A DNA stretch of 64,000 nucleotides from Sedimentisphaerales bacterium (lineage in GTDB: Bacteria; Planctomycetota; Phycisphaerae; Sedimentisphaerales; SM23-30): positions 2,138,201 to 2,202,200 of the forward strand of contig OY763926.1 in NCBI GenBank assembly GCA_963667715.1, given 5' to 3'. Below, one piece after another: positions 1 through 10,624 of the stretch. Each line of letters starts with the position of its first letter. The first letter of the stretch is position 1. Position numbers and translations under genes: made by a program. The notes beneath the pieces are model-generated. The model was not told where the DNA came from. It saw only the letters and a list, made by a program, of their open reading frames with translations, and did no database searches.

Positions 1-44
1 ATATGTACGACTTTGGCCAGTTGGCCGAAAATTGGCTGAAGTAA
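1..44 (+). CDS. 3' end of an upstream CDS (partial, continues left of the window) with a dockerin-like tail
   Basis: nt 3-41 read MYDFGQLAENWLK, followed by TAA at 42-44. The next gene ends the same way (...LETFTEYWLK*). A further member of the tandem family therefore probably lies upstream. Confidence 0.5.
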   Translation, partial: MYDFGQLAENWLK

Positions 45-91
45 ATATAATTGAGTCTACTAATATTAAATATACATATTCTGGAGTGTTT

Positions 92-3000
92 ATGAGTAAA
101 TTGTGCTATATACTTTACATTATGATTTTGTGCTTGGTACCATTCTCGTCTCAAGTTAGAGCTTATTCTGGAGGTGATGGTACTCCAGATAGTCCTTACG
201 AGATCAGTACCGCTGAAGAACTAATATTTTTAGGTAGTGATATCGAAAACTATTCATGCTCCTTTATCCTTACAGACGATCTGGATCTAAGCTCTTACAG
301 TTTTACTGAATCTGTTATCGCGACCACAGCTGATTTTACTGGGTGTTTCGATGGTAATAACCATATTATCAGTAACCTTCATATCAATGCACCTGGAGTA
401 AGTAATGTGGGACTATTTTCTAAATTGAATGGTGCAGAGATAAAGAATGTAATAATTACTTTAGCTGATATTAGTGCTGAGGAATATGTAGGTATACTTG
501 CAGGCCGTAGTGAAAGTTCTTTGATTACTTATTGTATAGTGAATGGTAAAGTAAGTGGAAGGTCTCTGAATACTGGAGGTATTTATGGTTGGGGTGTTTA
601 TGATGTGCTAAGCAAATGTTCTGCTGATGTGAATGCTTCTGGTTTCGGCAATGTTGGCGGTATCGCTGGTTTTTTTGCAAGAGGGACATTGACATACTCA
701 TCTGCTACAGGTATTGTTACTGGAGGTATGGATTCTGGAGGATTTAGTGCTGGAATTGTTAGTAACTTATATCAAGCGTCAATTTCAAATTGTTATGCAT
801 GTTGCAAAATCTCTGGTAAGGATAAAGCTGGTGGCATTTGTGCTTATGGTAAAGATAGTACTATAGACAGTTGTTATTCAGCAAGTAGTATTGTTGCAGT
901 GACTAATCCGGGGAGCATTCTTGCTGCAGACTATGGTTGCCCTGTCAGCAATTCATTTTATAATACTGAGCTTTGTAGTAGCGACGTACATCATTCTACA
1001 GGGTCTACAGGTCTTACTTCTGCCGAAATGTGTGATAAATCATTTTTTATAAATCAGGGCTGGGATTTTGTAGGAGAGACAGATAATGGCACTGTAGATA
1101 ACTGGAATATTGAACAAAATCTATACCCTACTTTTAGTTGGCAGGGGTATAGCCCCGTCAATGTGCCAAATCTATTGGGATTAACTTACAGTCAGGCATT
1201 AATTGAGCTGAATAATGTTGGTTTAACACCAGGTCTGATCCAATATTCATACAACATGGGACCCAAAAACGTTGTCTATGGTCAATCGATTCCAGCAGGT
1301 AGTGAATCATATAATATGTATCTTGTTAGTCTAAATATTTCTTTAGGTGATCGTTATTCTGGTGGTTATGGAACTTCTGCATCACCGTATTTAATATCTA
1401 AGGTTGATGATTTGTTAGCACTAGGTGAAAATACAAATGATTATAATAAATATTTTCGGTTGGTTAATGATATTGATATGGAGCCAGCTGGGGTACTGAC
1501 ACGTGCCGTAATAGCCCATAACCCTAGGGTCAGTTGGAGTTTTAGTGGTACTGAATTTACCGGTGTCTTTGATGGTAATGGTAAAACTATTAGTAATCTC
1601 ACTATTGAGAATGAGGATGGGTACTATATCGGTTTATTTGGAAGAATTGGCGAATCGTCAATAGTTAGCAATCTGAAATTAACTAATTGTAGTATAATTG
1701 GTAATACAACAACTGGTTTCATAGCTGCTTCTAGTTCATACGCAACTCTGGAAAATTGTTTGGTTACTGGAAGTATGAAATCTGTTACTCACTCTGGTGG
1801 AATATCTGGTTCTAGTTATCGTTCTGTATTTAATAATTGCACTTTAAATTGTTCTATTGATGCCACTGGCGATAAAGTGGGTGGTATTCTAGGAAGTGGT
1901 AATTCTTGTACTATAAATAATTGTGCTGCAAATGTTTCCATTACTTCCGGTATTCCAGTATATTCATCAAGTGCAACTGGGATTGGCAAATATGCTGGTG
2001 GTATTGCTGGCTATCTTGAAGACACAGATCTTAATGGCTGTTATTCGTCAGGTATTGTAAACGCTCGAACAATAGTTGGAGGTTTAGTAGCTCTGAATTC
2101 AGGTTCAATTATAAATTGCTATTCTACTTGTGATGTATTATGTGAAAATTCCTCATATGCCGGTGGTATAATTGCTCATAATTATGGAAATGTTGTAAAT
2201 TGCATTTTTGTTGGATCTGTTATGTCAGTAGGTGAATTTACGGGCGCACTTGTTGGTGAAAATTCTGCTAATGTCAATAATTCATATTTTTATAAATATT
2301 CAGGACCTAATAACCAAATAGGAACTGCGATTGATGACTTACAAATATTTGATAAAAAAACATATGTTGGTTTTGATTTTGTAGGTGATTCAAATGATGG
2401 TATCGACGATATATGGAATATTAGTAATGGTAATATTCCATATTTAACGTGGCAAAATGATGAAGTTAGATTTGTGTCTCCTCTTACTAATGTAGAAACC
2501 ACTCTTCTTGGCAGTGGTAGTCATAATGACCCATTTATTATTGCTAGTAAAAGTGATCTTTTAGAGTTTAGTAGCAATCCTGGATTAAGAATTGGATACT
2601 ATTCATTAGAAAGTGATATCAATCTTTCTGGGTATACATTTTCTCAGGCTGTTGTAACAGGGATTTTTAATGGTACTTTTTTAGGGAATAATCATATAAT
2701 CCAAAATGTCGAAATTGATGCTAGCGAAAATAGTTCTGGATTCTTTTCTATTTTAACAGGAAATGTTAGCCAGCTGAATCTAATTGGTGTTTCTATAAAC
2801 GCTAGAGAGTTAGATTATGCAGGTGGCCTCTCAGGGATAATCGCATATTCAGATATTGAAGACTGTTATGTCGTGTCGAATATTATTGCAAATGATTATG
2901 TGGGGGGGATGGCAGGGTCTTCTTTATCGCTTATGGCACATAATAATATATGTCAAGCCGACATAAATGCTGAGGATTATAGTGGTGGATTGTTTGGTGA

Positions 3001-4936
3001 GTGTATTGGGGGTGTCGTAAGTAGTTGCTTGACAATAGATGGAACTATTAATGGTGGAGGTTATTCTGGCGGTCTGATTGGGAAAACTGTTAATGTGAGT
3101 ATAGATAAATGTTACACTGATAACATCGTACATTCCAGATATTATGTGGGTGGGTTAGTTGGGGCTCTTAGTACTTGTTCTGTTGTTTCATCTGTTTCAC
3201 ATGGAGCAATATATACTTCGAGTTGGGATGTTGGTGGATTAATAGGGCATTCTTATGATAGTACTATTGATAATTGCTATTCAACCTCTTTGCTAGATGG
3301 CTCATATGATGCATCTGGTTTTGTTGGTGTAAATAATAGTACTGTTATTTCAAATTGCTATTCAGATGGAGTAGTTTCTGATTCATATTATTCTATATCA
3401 GGATTTACGTATTACGGCAATAATATATTCAATTCTTTTTGGGATATTGACTCAAGCGGTCAGTCTGAAGGTATACTGTCTGGGAGTACCAGTGAGTTAG
3501 TAGGGTTGTCAACTGAAGATATGCATAACCCGGATATATTTATCGATGCTGGATGGGACTTCGTTGGTGAAACTGATAATGGCACTGATGATATATGGGA
3601 TTCCATTCCTGGGCAAAGTCCTCATTTGACTTGCGAGACAATGGATATGCCAGATTTTACGGGTATGTCTTTGGCACAGGTCCAGCTATATATATCTAAA
3701 CATTATTTCTCGTTTGGTGCTGTATCGTATGCCTTTAGCGATGTCCCCAAGGGAAAAGTCTGTTTTCAGTCTATCGAAAGTGGGGCTAAGGTATATGCCG
3801 GACAGACGGTAGATGTCTCTCTCTCTCTTGGCATAGCATTTTCAGGTGGTAATGGTTCTATTAACGATCCGTATCAGATTTCAACGGCCGCTGATCTGAT
3901 AATGTTTAGTGATATACAATCATTTTTAGCGTCTGATGCGTATTATGTACTTACAAACAATATTGATATGAGTGGTCATCCTTTTACAAATTCTTTGATT
4001 TCGCCTAATGCCAGCCCTGATACTGATTTTACAGGTATTAAGTTTGAAGGTAACTTCAATGGTAAAGGTTACACTATAAATGATCTTACTATAAATAATA
4101 CTGAACATTACTATACCGGTTTGTTTGGTTATATTAGCTCAAATGCAGCTATTTCAAATTTGAAATTAGTAAATGCTAATATTTCTGGTGATAATTATAC
4201 CGGTGCTCTTTCCGGCTATTCTGATGGTGCTGATGTCTCGGCTTGCTATGTAGAGGGTGCTGTTTCTGGTAATATTTACGTTGGTGGACTGATTGGGCGG
4301 GTTGATCGTACTTCGCTCAGCAATTCTGTGTCAGAAGGAAGTATTAATGGTAAATATTATTCCGGTGGTATAGCGGGCTATAGCTATCAGTCTATAATAC
4401 ATGACTCATATTCTTTATCAGACATCATAAGTGATGATATTGCTGGTGGACTTATAGGAAGAAGTAACTATAGTAATTTGGAAAAATGCTATGCAAGGGG
4501 AAATGTAGAATGTGACGGCTCGATTTATGGTGGACTAATAGGCTATCGTGATGCTGGAACTGTTATTGTTTGTATGTGGGATTATCAGGCCAGTGGTTTT
4601 GGAGATGAAGGTATGGAACACCTAGGTGCTACAGCATACTCAACCGCCCAAATGCAAGCCATCACCACCTACCTTACCGCCGGCTGGGATTTCGTCTCTG
4701 AAACTGCCAACGGTTCATCCGATCTGTGGCGTATGTCTTCAATGTCCGGCTATCCAATTCTCTCATGGCAAAAGGATATACCTTTCGACACCACCGGCAG
4801 CTACGGCATAGACATCCTGGATTTCCAGACCCTTGCCCAGCAGTGGCTCCAGCCAGACCAAAGCTTAGATATAGACCAGTCCGGCACAGTCGATCTCGCC
4901 GACCTGGAGACCTTCACCGAATATTGGCTAAAGTAA
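92..4936 (+). CDS. Giant secreted GLUG-repeat protein with four modules and a C-terminal dockerin-like module
   Basis: ORF 32..4936. I place the start at ATG 92 because MSKLCYILYIMILCLVPFSSQVRA looks like a signal peptide. There are four modules of about 330-400 aa, starting near nt 167, 1351, 2503 and 3838. Each opens with GxG...(D/S)PYxIS and FTGxFDGNxHxISNL, continues with many GG(I/L)xG GLUG-type repeats, and closes with GWDFVGETDNGTxDxW...YPxLxW. PASTA-like linkers sit between modules. The tail is DIDQSGTVDLADLETFTEYWLK*. Confidence 0.85.
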   Translation: MSKLCYILYIMILCLVPFSSQVRAYSGGDGTPDSPYEISTAEELIFLGSDIENYSCSFILTDDLDLSSYSFTESVIATTADFTGCFDGNNHIISNLHINAPGVSNVGLFSKLNGAEIKNVIITLADISAEEYVGILAGRSESSLITYCIVNGKVSGRSLNTGGIYGWGVYDVLSKCSADVNASGFGNVGGIAGFFARGTLTYSSATGIVTGGMDSGGFSAGIVSNLYQASISNCYACCKISGKDKAGGICAYGKDSTIDSCYSASSIVAVTNPGSILAADYGCPVSNSFYNTELCSSDVHHSTGSTGLTSAEMCDKSFFINQGWDFVGETDNGTVDNWNIEQNLYPTFSWQGYSPVNVPNLLGLTYSQALIELNNVGLTPGLIQYSYNMGPKNVVYGQSIPAGSESYNMYLVSLNISLGDRYSGGYGTSASPYLISKVDDLLALGENTNDYNKYFRLVNDIDMEPAGVLTRAVIAHNPRVSWSFSGTEFTGVFDGNGKTISNLTIENEDGYYIGLFGRIGESSIVSNLKLTNCSIIGNTTTGFIAASSSYATLENCLVTGSMKSVTHSGGISGSSYRSVFNNCTLNCSIDATGDKVGGILGSGNSCTINNCAANVSITSGIPVYSSSATGIGKYAGGIAGYLEDTDLNGCYSSGIVNARTIVGGLVALNSGSIINCYSTCDVLCENSSYAGGIIAHNYGNVVNCIFVGSVMSVGEFTGALVGENSANVNNSYFYKYSGPNNQIGTAIDDLQIFDKKTYVGFDFVGDSNDGIDDIWNISNGNIPYLTWQNDEVRFVSPLTNVETTLLGSGSHNDPFIIASKSDLLEFSSNPGLRIGYYSLESDINLSGYTFSQAVVTGIFNGTFLGNNHIIQNVEIDASENSSGFFSILTGNVSQLNLIGVSINARELDYAGGLSGIIAYSDIEDCYVVSNIIANDYVGGMAGSSLSLMAHNNICQADINAEDYSGGLFGECIGGVVSSCLTIDGTINGGGYSGGLIGKTVNVSIDKCYTDNIVHSRYYVGGLVGALSTCSVVSSVSHGAIYTSSWDVGGLIGHSYDSTIDNCYSTSLLDGSYDASGFVGVNNSTVISNCYSDGVVSDSYYSISGFTYYGNNIFNSFWDIDSSGQSEGILSGSTSELVGLSTEDMHNPDIFIDAGWDFVGETDNGTDDIWDSIPGQSPHLTCETMDMPDFTGMSLAQVQLYISKHYFSFGAVSYAFSDVPKGKVCFQSIESGAKVYAGQTVDVSLSLGIAFSGGNGSINDPYQISTAADLIMFSDIQSFLASDAYYVLTNNIDMSGHPFTNSLISPNASPDTDFTGIKFEGNFNGKGYTINDLTINNTEHYYTGLFGYISSNAAISNLKLVNANISGDNYTGALSGYSDGADVSACYVEGAVSGNIYVGGLIGRVDRTSLSNSVSEGSINGKYYSGGIAGYSYQSIIHDSYSLSDIISDDIAGGLIGRSNYSNLEKCYARGNVECDGSIYGGLIGYRDAGTVIVCMWDYQASGFGDEGMEHLGATAYSTAQMQAITTYLTAGWDFVSETANGSSDLWRMSSMSGYPILSWQKDIPFDTTGSYGIDILDFQTLAQQWLQPDQSLDIDQSGTVDLADLETFTEYWLK

Positions 4937-5003
4937 ATATATTTGAACCACGAGCATGGTTATTTGAGTGATCATGTTTTTATTACAGTTAAATGGAGTG
5001 TTA

Positions 5004-8000
5004 ATGAGAAGTTTTAATGTACTTTATATTGTATTGTCTATACTTATTGCCTCATCGGCTTTTGCCGCCAACGGCGTTTTGCCCGGCTCCGGCACAGAAA
5101 ATGACCCATATCTCATCGAAGATAGGGCTGATTTCTTTTATTACTGCTGGTGTTCTGAATATCAGCTAGCCGATGTTTACACCAAACAGCTGTGTGATAT
5201 AGACCTGGCAGATTCCCCTTTTAATAATTGCTGTTTCCAGGGAAATTATAGCTCAGCCACGTCTACTGTGCCAAATGCATATCAATTTTCTGGTATTTAC
5301 GATGGTAACAACAAGACGATCTCCGGCTTAACTGTTAACGCTGGTTATTTTTATGGAAGTGCTATTGGTGGGTTAGTTGGACATTTAACATCTACAGGTG
5401 TGCTAAAAAATATTATTATTAAAGATGCATACGTACAGTCAACATACTACGAACGTTATAACGCATTATTATGTGGTAACAACAACGGTACTATCGTTAA
5501 TTGTCATGTCACTGGACAGGTTGCAGCTAACGACACATTATCTGTAGGTCTTTTGGCTGGTATAAATCAAGATGGTGGTATCATACGCCACTGTAGTGCT
5601 ATGGGCAGGGTATTGCATAACTCTGGCTGGGATTCTGGTGGTATTTGCGCTAATAATCTAAGCATTATTTCTGATTCTTATGCTGATGTAGATATTGTTG
5701 CTGTTAATACAAGGTATGCCGGCAGCTTCTGTGGCTATACACACAATTTCAATAATCTGAATAATATCAGTATAACAAACTGTTATGCAAAAGGTTCAGT
5801 TACCGCCGATGAAGTTGTTGGCGGTTTCTGCGGTAAAAACTCATGGATGCTTTCTAACTGCTACAGTTCAGCCCAGGTTCACTCATTATCCGGTCAGGAG
5901 GCTGGTTTCTGCTATGAATATGACAGTGATTTAACCTCCTGTGTGTCAAGTTGTGTATGGGATAATGACCTTGCTTCATCTCCTGATTATTCTTATGATC
6001 CACTACTATTGTATTTAACTATGGATGATATTGTTAACGAAACAGCCGAAAACCATGGCACTCTCGATTATAGTTCTGCCGTAAATGGTACTCCTGCTAT
6101 CGTTGCAGGTATATCAGGAAACTGTTTAGAGTTTGACGGTGCAAGCGATTACCTGGAATTCGATGATTACAATGGAATATACTACAATATGCCCAGAACT
6201 ATTTCGACCTGGATTAAAACTTCAGCTACAAACAGGCAGGTTATAACCGGTTGGGGCAAGCGTGTTAGCGGCAAGATTTGGCAGCTCAATATTGAACCAG
6301 ACGGCCATCTTAGACAACTTGTCGGTGGCGGGTATAAACAGTCTTCTCTAGTTGTAAATGACGGCCAATGGCATCATGTTGCCGTAGTTTTACCTTTTGG
6401 CGATCCTGCGACTGTTGCTGATATTAAAATATATATTGACGGCGTATGTGATACAAATTCCATAGCTTCCTCTGAGCAGGAAATATCTACTGGGATATTA
6501 GGGAAAATGACTATAGGTATGAACTACATCGATGACACTGCCAATAATTTCTTTAATGGCTGTATTGACGAATTTCGTCTTTATAATGGTGCATTGTCTG
6601 ATACCGATATCGCCGGGCTTGCCGTTTTGCTTGAGCCCAATGTTCAGGTTGTTGTTAGTGGAAAATCAGCTCTCGAAATGCAGGATATAAACACCTACCT
6701 TAGTGCCGGCTGGGACATTACAGCTTCTGATAGTGGTTCCAATAGCTCAACCTGGGTCATTTCTGACTCCTCTTTCCCGGAATTCTCATGGAGCAAGCCT
6801 AGAAACGATACTGTATTTTTTGACAGAAAGAACCTGAAAGGTATTACTTGTGACGAAGCTGTTGCCTTGCTTGCGGATTCTGGTATTACTGCAAATATTA
6901 TCTATGATTGCAGTCGTATTATTCCTGCTGACACTGTCATTACTTCCGAAGCCGATTCTGTTATATTAAGAAATGCTACAGAGCTAAATGTTATCGTTAG
7001 CTCTGGCCCATATGACTGGTCAACCAATCCTGGTACTGGAACCGCCATTGACCCGTACCAGATTACTACTCCCGGTATGCTCTTTGGTCTGCCTATTGAC
7101 AAATTTTATCACTTCAAGTTAATGAATGATATCGATCTGGTCAGTTACTATTTTTCTAACGGTTCAGTTATTCGTTCAGATTATACTAGTGGAAACACTT
7201 TTAGAGGTGTTTTTGATGGTAATGGTCACGTAATAAGAAATGCTAATATTTATGGCTTTTGTAGCTATAATGTTTATAGTCTCAATATTCCTGGCTATTA
7301 TCATGTTGATGGTAAATGTGCAGGACTCTTTAGTGTTATCTGGGACGAAAATTCTGTAGTCGAAAATCTTGGCCTTGAAAATATTACTATTTCAGGTGAT
7401 GCTGATCTTACTGGTGGGTTTGTTGGTGTATGTGATTCAGCACGTATACAAAACTGTTACGTTAATGGTGGTAAAATTTTTGCAAGCGCCTCAATAGCTA
7501 CCAATATACTAGGTGGCTTTGCTGGTTATGGGGTAAATATTAAATCTTGTTATGCATCATTAAGTCTCGAATGTCGAATTACTAGTTATAATGATACTTT
7601 GTACTGCGGTGGTTTTGTTGGAATAGGATCAAAAATTGCTAATTGCTATAGTAATAGTAAGCTTTATGTTGGTTCTTCAATGAAGTATTACCCCGGTGGA
7701 TTTACAGGTATTGTTGCTTCAGATTATTCTATAACTAATTGCTACTCATCTTCTAAATTTATTTTTGCTGGTGCTGATGATGTTCTAAATAATGGCTTTA
7801 TTGGTACAAGTGGTGGGCAATATGTACACAGTGTCAATAGCTGTTTCTGGGATTGTGAGATTAGTAATATTGGTCAGGCGGATGTTACAAATCGCGGCGC
7901 TACAGCCAAAACAACTGCTCAAATGCACGATGTTAACACCTATCTTAATGCCGGCTGGGATTTTACGGATGAATCGTCCAATGGTACTAATGATTACTGG

Positions 8001-10142
8001 TACCTAGATCCAGAATCAACGTACCCTAAGCTAGTATGGCAAAGTGTAAAACCCGCTGTGTATGCAAGCTCTCTTATAGGTAATACTAAACAATATGTAA
8101 TCGATACCCTTACTGATATTGGTGTTGCAGCAACTGTAAAATACGATTATGACCCAGATTACCCCGTTGGCACTGTATTCTTAATAGACGGACCTGACTA
8201 CTTACAACAAGGTACCCAAGCAAAGGTACTCGTTAGTCTGGGGAGTTACAACTGGGCTGACAACCCTGGTGATGGTACACAAGCTAGACCATGGCAGTTA
8301 TCTACTGTTGGTATGTTTAGAGCCATGAAATATCCTCAGTATTCAGGTTACTCAATAGTGATGAATGATATTGATTTTTCTGGATATACTTTTGAGCGCC
8401 ATGTTATAGGCATGGTAGATGGCGATCTGACTGACTTTACAGGAAACTTTGACGGTAACCATAAGTTGCTTTCAAATATCAATATTGTTTCAAATAATTA
8501 TCGTACGCTCGGTTTCTTTGGTATAAATACCGGTAATATCTCAAACTGTGTCATAGATAATATTCAGCTTCAGCTTGATTGTAATGTTCTAAATACGATC
8601 TTTGCTGGTTCGTTTGTGTATATGAATAGCGGTACAGTATCATCGTGCTCTGTTATTTCTTGTAGCGTAAATACTTATGGTTTTACTGACTACGGGTTAA
8701 ATGTTAGTGTAGGTGGTTTTTGTTCCAATAACTCAGGAAGCATCTCGAAGTGTTCTGTTGGTATTGATATAAATTTATCTTGTCAGGTATACCGTGATTG
8801 TGTTGCTGGATTTGTTGCGCAAAACTATAGTGGTATTATAACCAAGTCATATTCTGATATAGATATTGAAGTCTATTCTAATTCAAGCAACAGTTTGATC
8901 ATATCTGGTTTCGTTGGTGACTATTATGGCTCGACTATCTATGATTGTTATGCACAGGGTAGCATTACGACGGATAATGCTGACACCGTGTATTTATTTG
9001 GAGCATACCGTTACGTTGAAAGATCTTATGCAGCAGTATCTGTAGATATTACCGGCAGTGCAGAAGTTACCATTGCCTATAATGATAATGAATCTCAATC
9101 TTTCTGGGATAACCAGTTATGCCCAGTATCCGATTATCCTTTCGGGTATCAAACAATAGCTCTTTCTACTGCCCAGCTGTGCGATATCAACACTTATTCT
9201 AATACCGACTGGGATTTCAGCTCATCTGACGGTACCCCGCCTGTATGGCAAATTTTAGGCAATAATTATCCAACTTTAGTTTGGCAGGGTACACCAGATA
9301 CCGATAATAGTGGCTGTGTTGACCTGCTCGATATGGCCAAAATTGCCCAAAACTGGCTAAGTACAGACCCGCTGAAATCGTCATTGGACTTCGATCAGTC
9401 AGGACAGATAGACCTTGTTGACCTCGAGATTTTTAGCGAACTATGGCTTGAGAAATTTTTAATATCAAATTTAGTTGCTTATTGGCCTTTAGATAATGCA
9501 GACGATGGAATTGTAAACGATAGTTCCGATTATAGCCACAACGGCAGCATTTTCGGTGCTCCTATCATAACAACAGGTGTAAATGATAGCTGTTTTGATT
9601 TCGATGGTAGTAATGACTATATCTATGTTGAAAGCTTTGGCGGTATTGCCGGCGCAAGCCCCAGGACTATTGCTGCTTATATAAAGGCAGAATCAGACCT
9701 GGAAAATCAGGAAAATAACTTGCACGCTATTGTCAGCTGGGGTGATTTCGATCGATATGAAAAATGGTTTGTCACGCTTGATTCCGCTACCGGCCAGCTA
9801 GCACTCGGTATAAGCGGAACCAGACTAATGGGAGGCCCCGATCTGGAGGATGGGCAATGGCATCATATTGCCGTGGTCCTTCCTGAAAATGCTGATAATA
9901 TCAATGAAGTTCTGCTCTATGTCGACGGCCAACTTGTTACTTCAAATGCCGGTTCGCTTAATGCAGTTATAAACACCGACTACACCGAAGTAATTATCGG
10001 TGCAACGAATAGAGCATCACAAGGCGAAGCACGTGATATGGCACAATTCTTTGACGGCTCTATAGACGATCTATGTATCTACAATAAAGCACTCTCACCT
10101 GAACAAATCACAGAATTGTGTCAAATGAATATTGTCCAATAA
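5004..10142 (+). CDS. Giant secreted GLUG-repeat protein with two LamG (Laminin_G_3-type) domains and an internal dockerin-like module
   Basis: ORF 4968..10142. ATG 5004 gives MRSFNVLYIVLSILIASSAFA, which looks like a signal peptide. It has three GLUG modules (FRGVFDGNGHVIRN, FTGNFDGNHKLLSN, GGFxG repeats, GWDF...YPxLVWQ). LamG 1 lies near nt 6020-6620 (CLEFDGASDYLEF...GQWHHVAVV...IDEFRLYNGALSDTDI). A dockerin-like stretch follows (DTDNSGCVDLLDMAKIAQNWL...DFDQSGQIDLVDLEIFSELWL). A terminal LamG 2 lies near nt 9470-10140 (CFDFDGSNDYIYV...GQWHHIAVV...IDDLCIYNKALSPEQI). Confidence 0.85.
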   Translation: MRSFNVLYIVLSILIASSAFAANGVLPGSGTENDPYLIEDRADFFYYCWCSEYQLADVYTKQLCDIDLADSPFNNCCFQGNYSSATSTVPNAYQFSGIYDGNNKTISGLTVNAGYFYGSAIGGLVGHLTSTGVLKNIIIKDAYVQSTYYERYNALLCGNNNGTIVNCHVTGQVAANDTLSVGLLAGINQDGGIIRHCSAMGRVLHNSGWDSGGICANNLSIISDSYADVDIVAVNTRYAGSFCGYTHNFNNLNNISITNCYAKGSVTADEVVGGFCGKNSWMLSNCYSSAQVHSLSGQEAGFCYEYDSDLTSCVSSCVWDNDLASSPDYSYDPLLLYLTMDDIVNETAENHGTLDYSSAVNGTPAIVAGISGNCLEFDGASDYLEFDDYNGIYYNMPRTISTWIKTSATNRQVITGWGKRVSGKIWQLNIEPDGHLRQLVGGGYKQSSLVVNDGQWHHVAVVLPFGDPATVADIKIYIDGVCDTNSIASSEQEISTGILGKMTIGMNYIDDTANNFFNGCIDEFRLYNGALSDTDIAGLAVLLEPNVQVVVSGKSALEMQDINTYLSAGWDITASDSGSNSSTWVISDSSFPEFSWSKPRNDTVFFDRKNLKGITCDEAVALLADSGITANIIYDCSRIIPADTVITSEADSVILRNATELNVIVSSGPYDWSTNPGTGTAIDPYQITTPGMLFGLPIDKFYHFKLMNDIDLVSYYFSNGSVIRSDYTSGNTFRGVFDGNGHVIRNANIYGFCSYNVYSLNIPGYYHVDGKCAGLFSVIWDENSVVENLGLENITISGDADLTGGFVGVCDSARIQNCYVNGGKIFASASIATNILGGFAGYGVNIKSCYASLSLECRITSYNDTLYCGGFVGIGSKIANCYSNSKLYVGSSMKYYPGGFTGIVASDYSITNCYSSSKFIFAGADDVLNNGFIGTSGGQYVHSVNSCFWDCEISNIGQADVTNRGATAKTTAQMHDVNTYLNAGWDFTDESSNGTNDYWYLDPESTYPKLVWQSVKPAVYASSLIGNTKQYVIDTLTDIGVAATVKYDYDPDYPVGTVFLIDGPDYLQQGTQAKVLVSLGSYNWADNPGDGTQARPWQLSTVGMFRAMKYPQYSGYSIVMNDIDFSGYTFERHVIGMVDGDLTDFTGNFDGNHKLLSNINIVSNNYRTLGFFGINTGNISNCVIDNIQLQLDCNVLNTIFAGSFVYMNSGTVSSCSVISCSVNTYGFTDYGLNVSVGGFCSNNSGSISKCSVGIDINLSCQVYRDCVAGFVAQNYSGIITKSYSDIDIEVYSNSSNSLIISGFVGDYYGSTIYDCYAQGSITTDNADTVYLFGAYRYVERSYAAVSVDITGSAEVTIAYNDNESQSFWDNQLCPVSDYPFGYQTIALSTAQLCDINTYSNTDWDFSSSDGTPPVWQILGNNYPTLVWQGTPDTDNSGCVDLLDMAKIAQNWLSTDPLKSSLDFDQSGQIDLVDLEIFSELWLEKFLISNLVAYWPLDNADDGIVNDSSDYSHNGSIFGAPIITTGVNDSCFDFDGSNDYIYVESFGGIAGASPRTIAAYIKAESDLENQENNLHAIVSWGDFDRYEKWFVTLDSATGQLALGISGTRLMGGPDLEDGQWHHIAVVLPENADNINEVLLYVDGQLVTSNAGSLNAVINTDYTEVIIGATNRASQGEARDMAQFFDGSIDDLCIYNKALSPEQITELCQMNIVQ

Positions 10143-10181
10143 GTATTCATAAATATTATTGATATTATCAAGCTTACTTTA

Positions 10182-10221
10182 CAGGCAAATGTTACCTATC
10201 TCAACATTTGCCTGTTTTTTA
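10182..10221 (+). terminator. Rho-independent terminator after the second giant gene
   Basis: Perfect 12-bp stem caggcaaatgtt (10182-10193) / aacatttgcctg (10203-10214) with a 9-nt loop, followed by tttttt (10215-10220). Confidence 0.7.
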
Positions 10222-10624
10222 TTTGTATCATTCTCTTCGCCAATTACATATGTGCATTGAGCTAGAAATAAGTAGTTAATATTGAGGGCATGTAATTCTG
10301 TTAATTACTACATTTCAAGTCCGGCTAAATGGTAAGTGTAGCTGATTAAGGATGTTATAAAATACTATAGGCATTTATCTCTATCAATATTGAATTAGCA
10401 GGTATCTGCCATAATAATTGGAACTCCAAAATACTTGATTTTTTATCTGATATTTGATATTTTATCGAAAAGAGGAATCAAAAGGGGTATTTGGACAAAC
10501 ACATATGTTCTGCTGGATATCAAACGTTGATACTTTTATGTGTTTTAGTTGCAATAGTCACATGAGATTATAGGCAAAGGACGTTTTGCTTATATTACAG
10601 CCGTTACAGGGGGAGTCTGCCGTG

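Noticed and set aside
4626-4971. Two alternative-frame ORFs (61 and 81 aa, Pro/Arg-rich) at the end of the first giant gene.
   Set aside because: They arise because this segment is locally GC-richer, so stop codons are rarer. The main frame there carries the conserved GWDF...YPxLSW and dockerin-like motifs.
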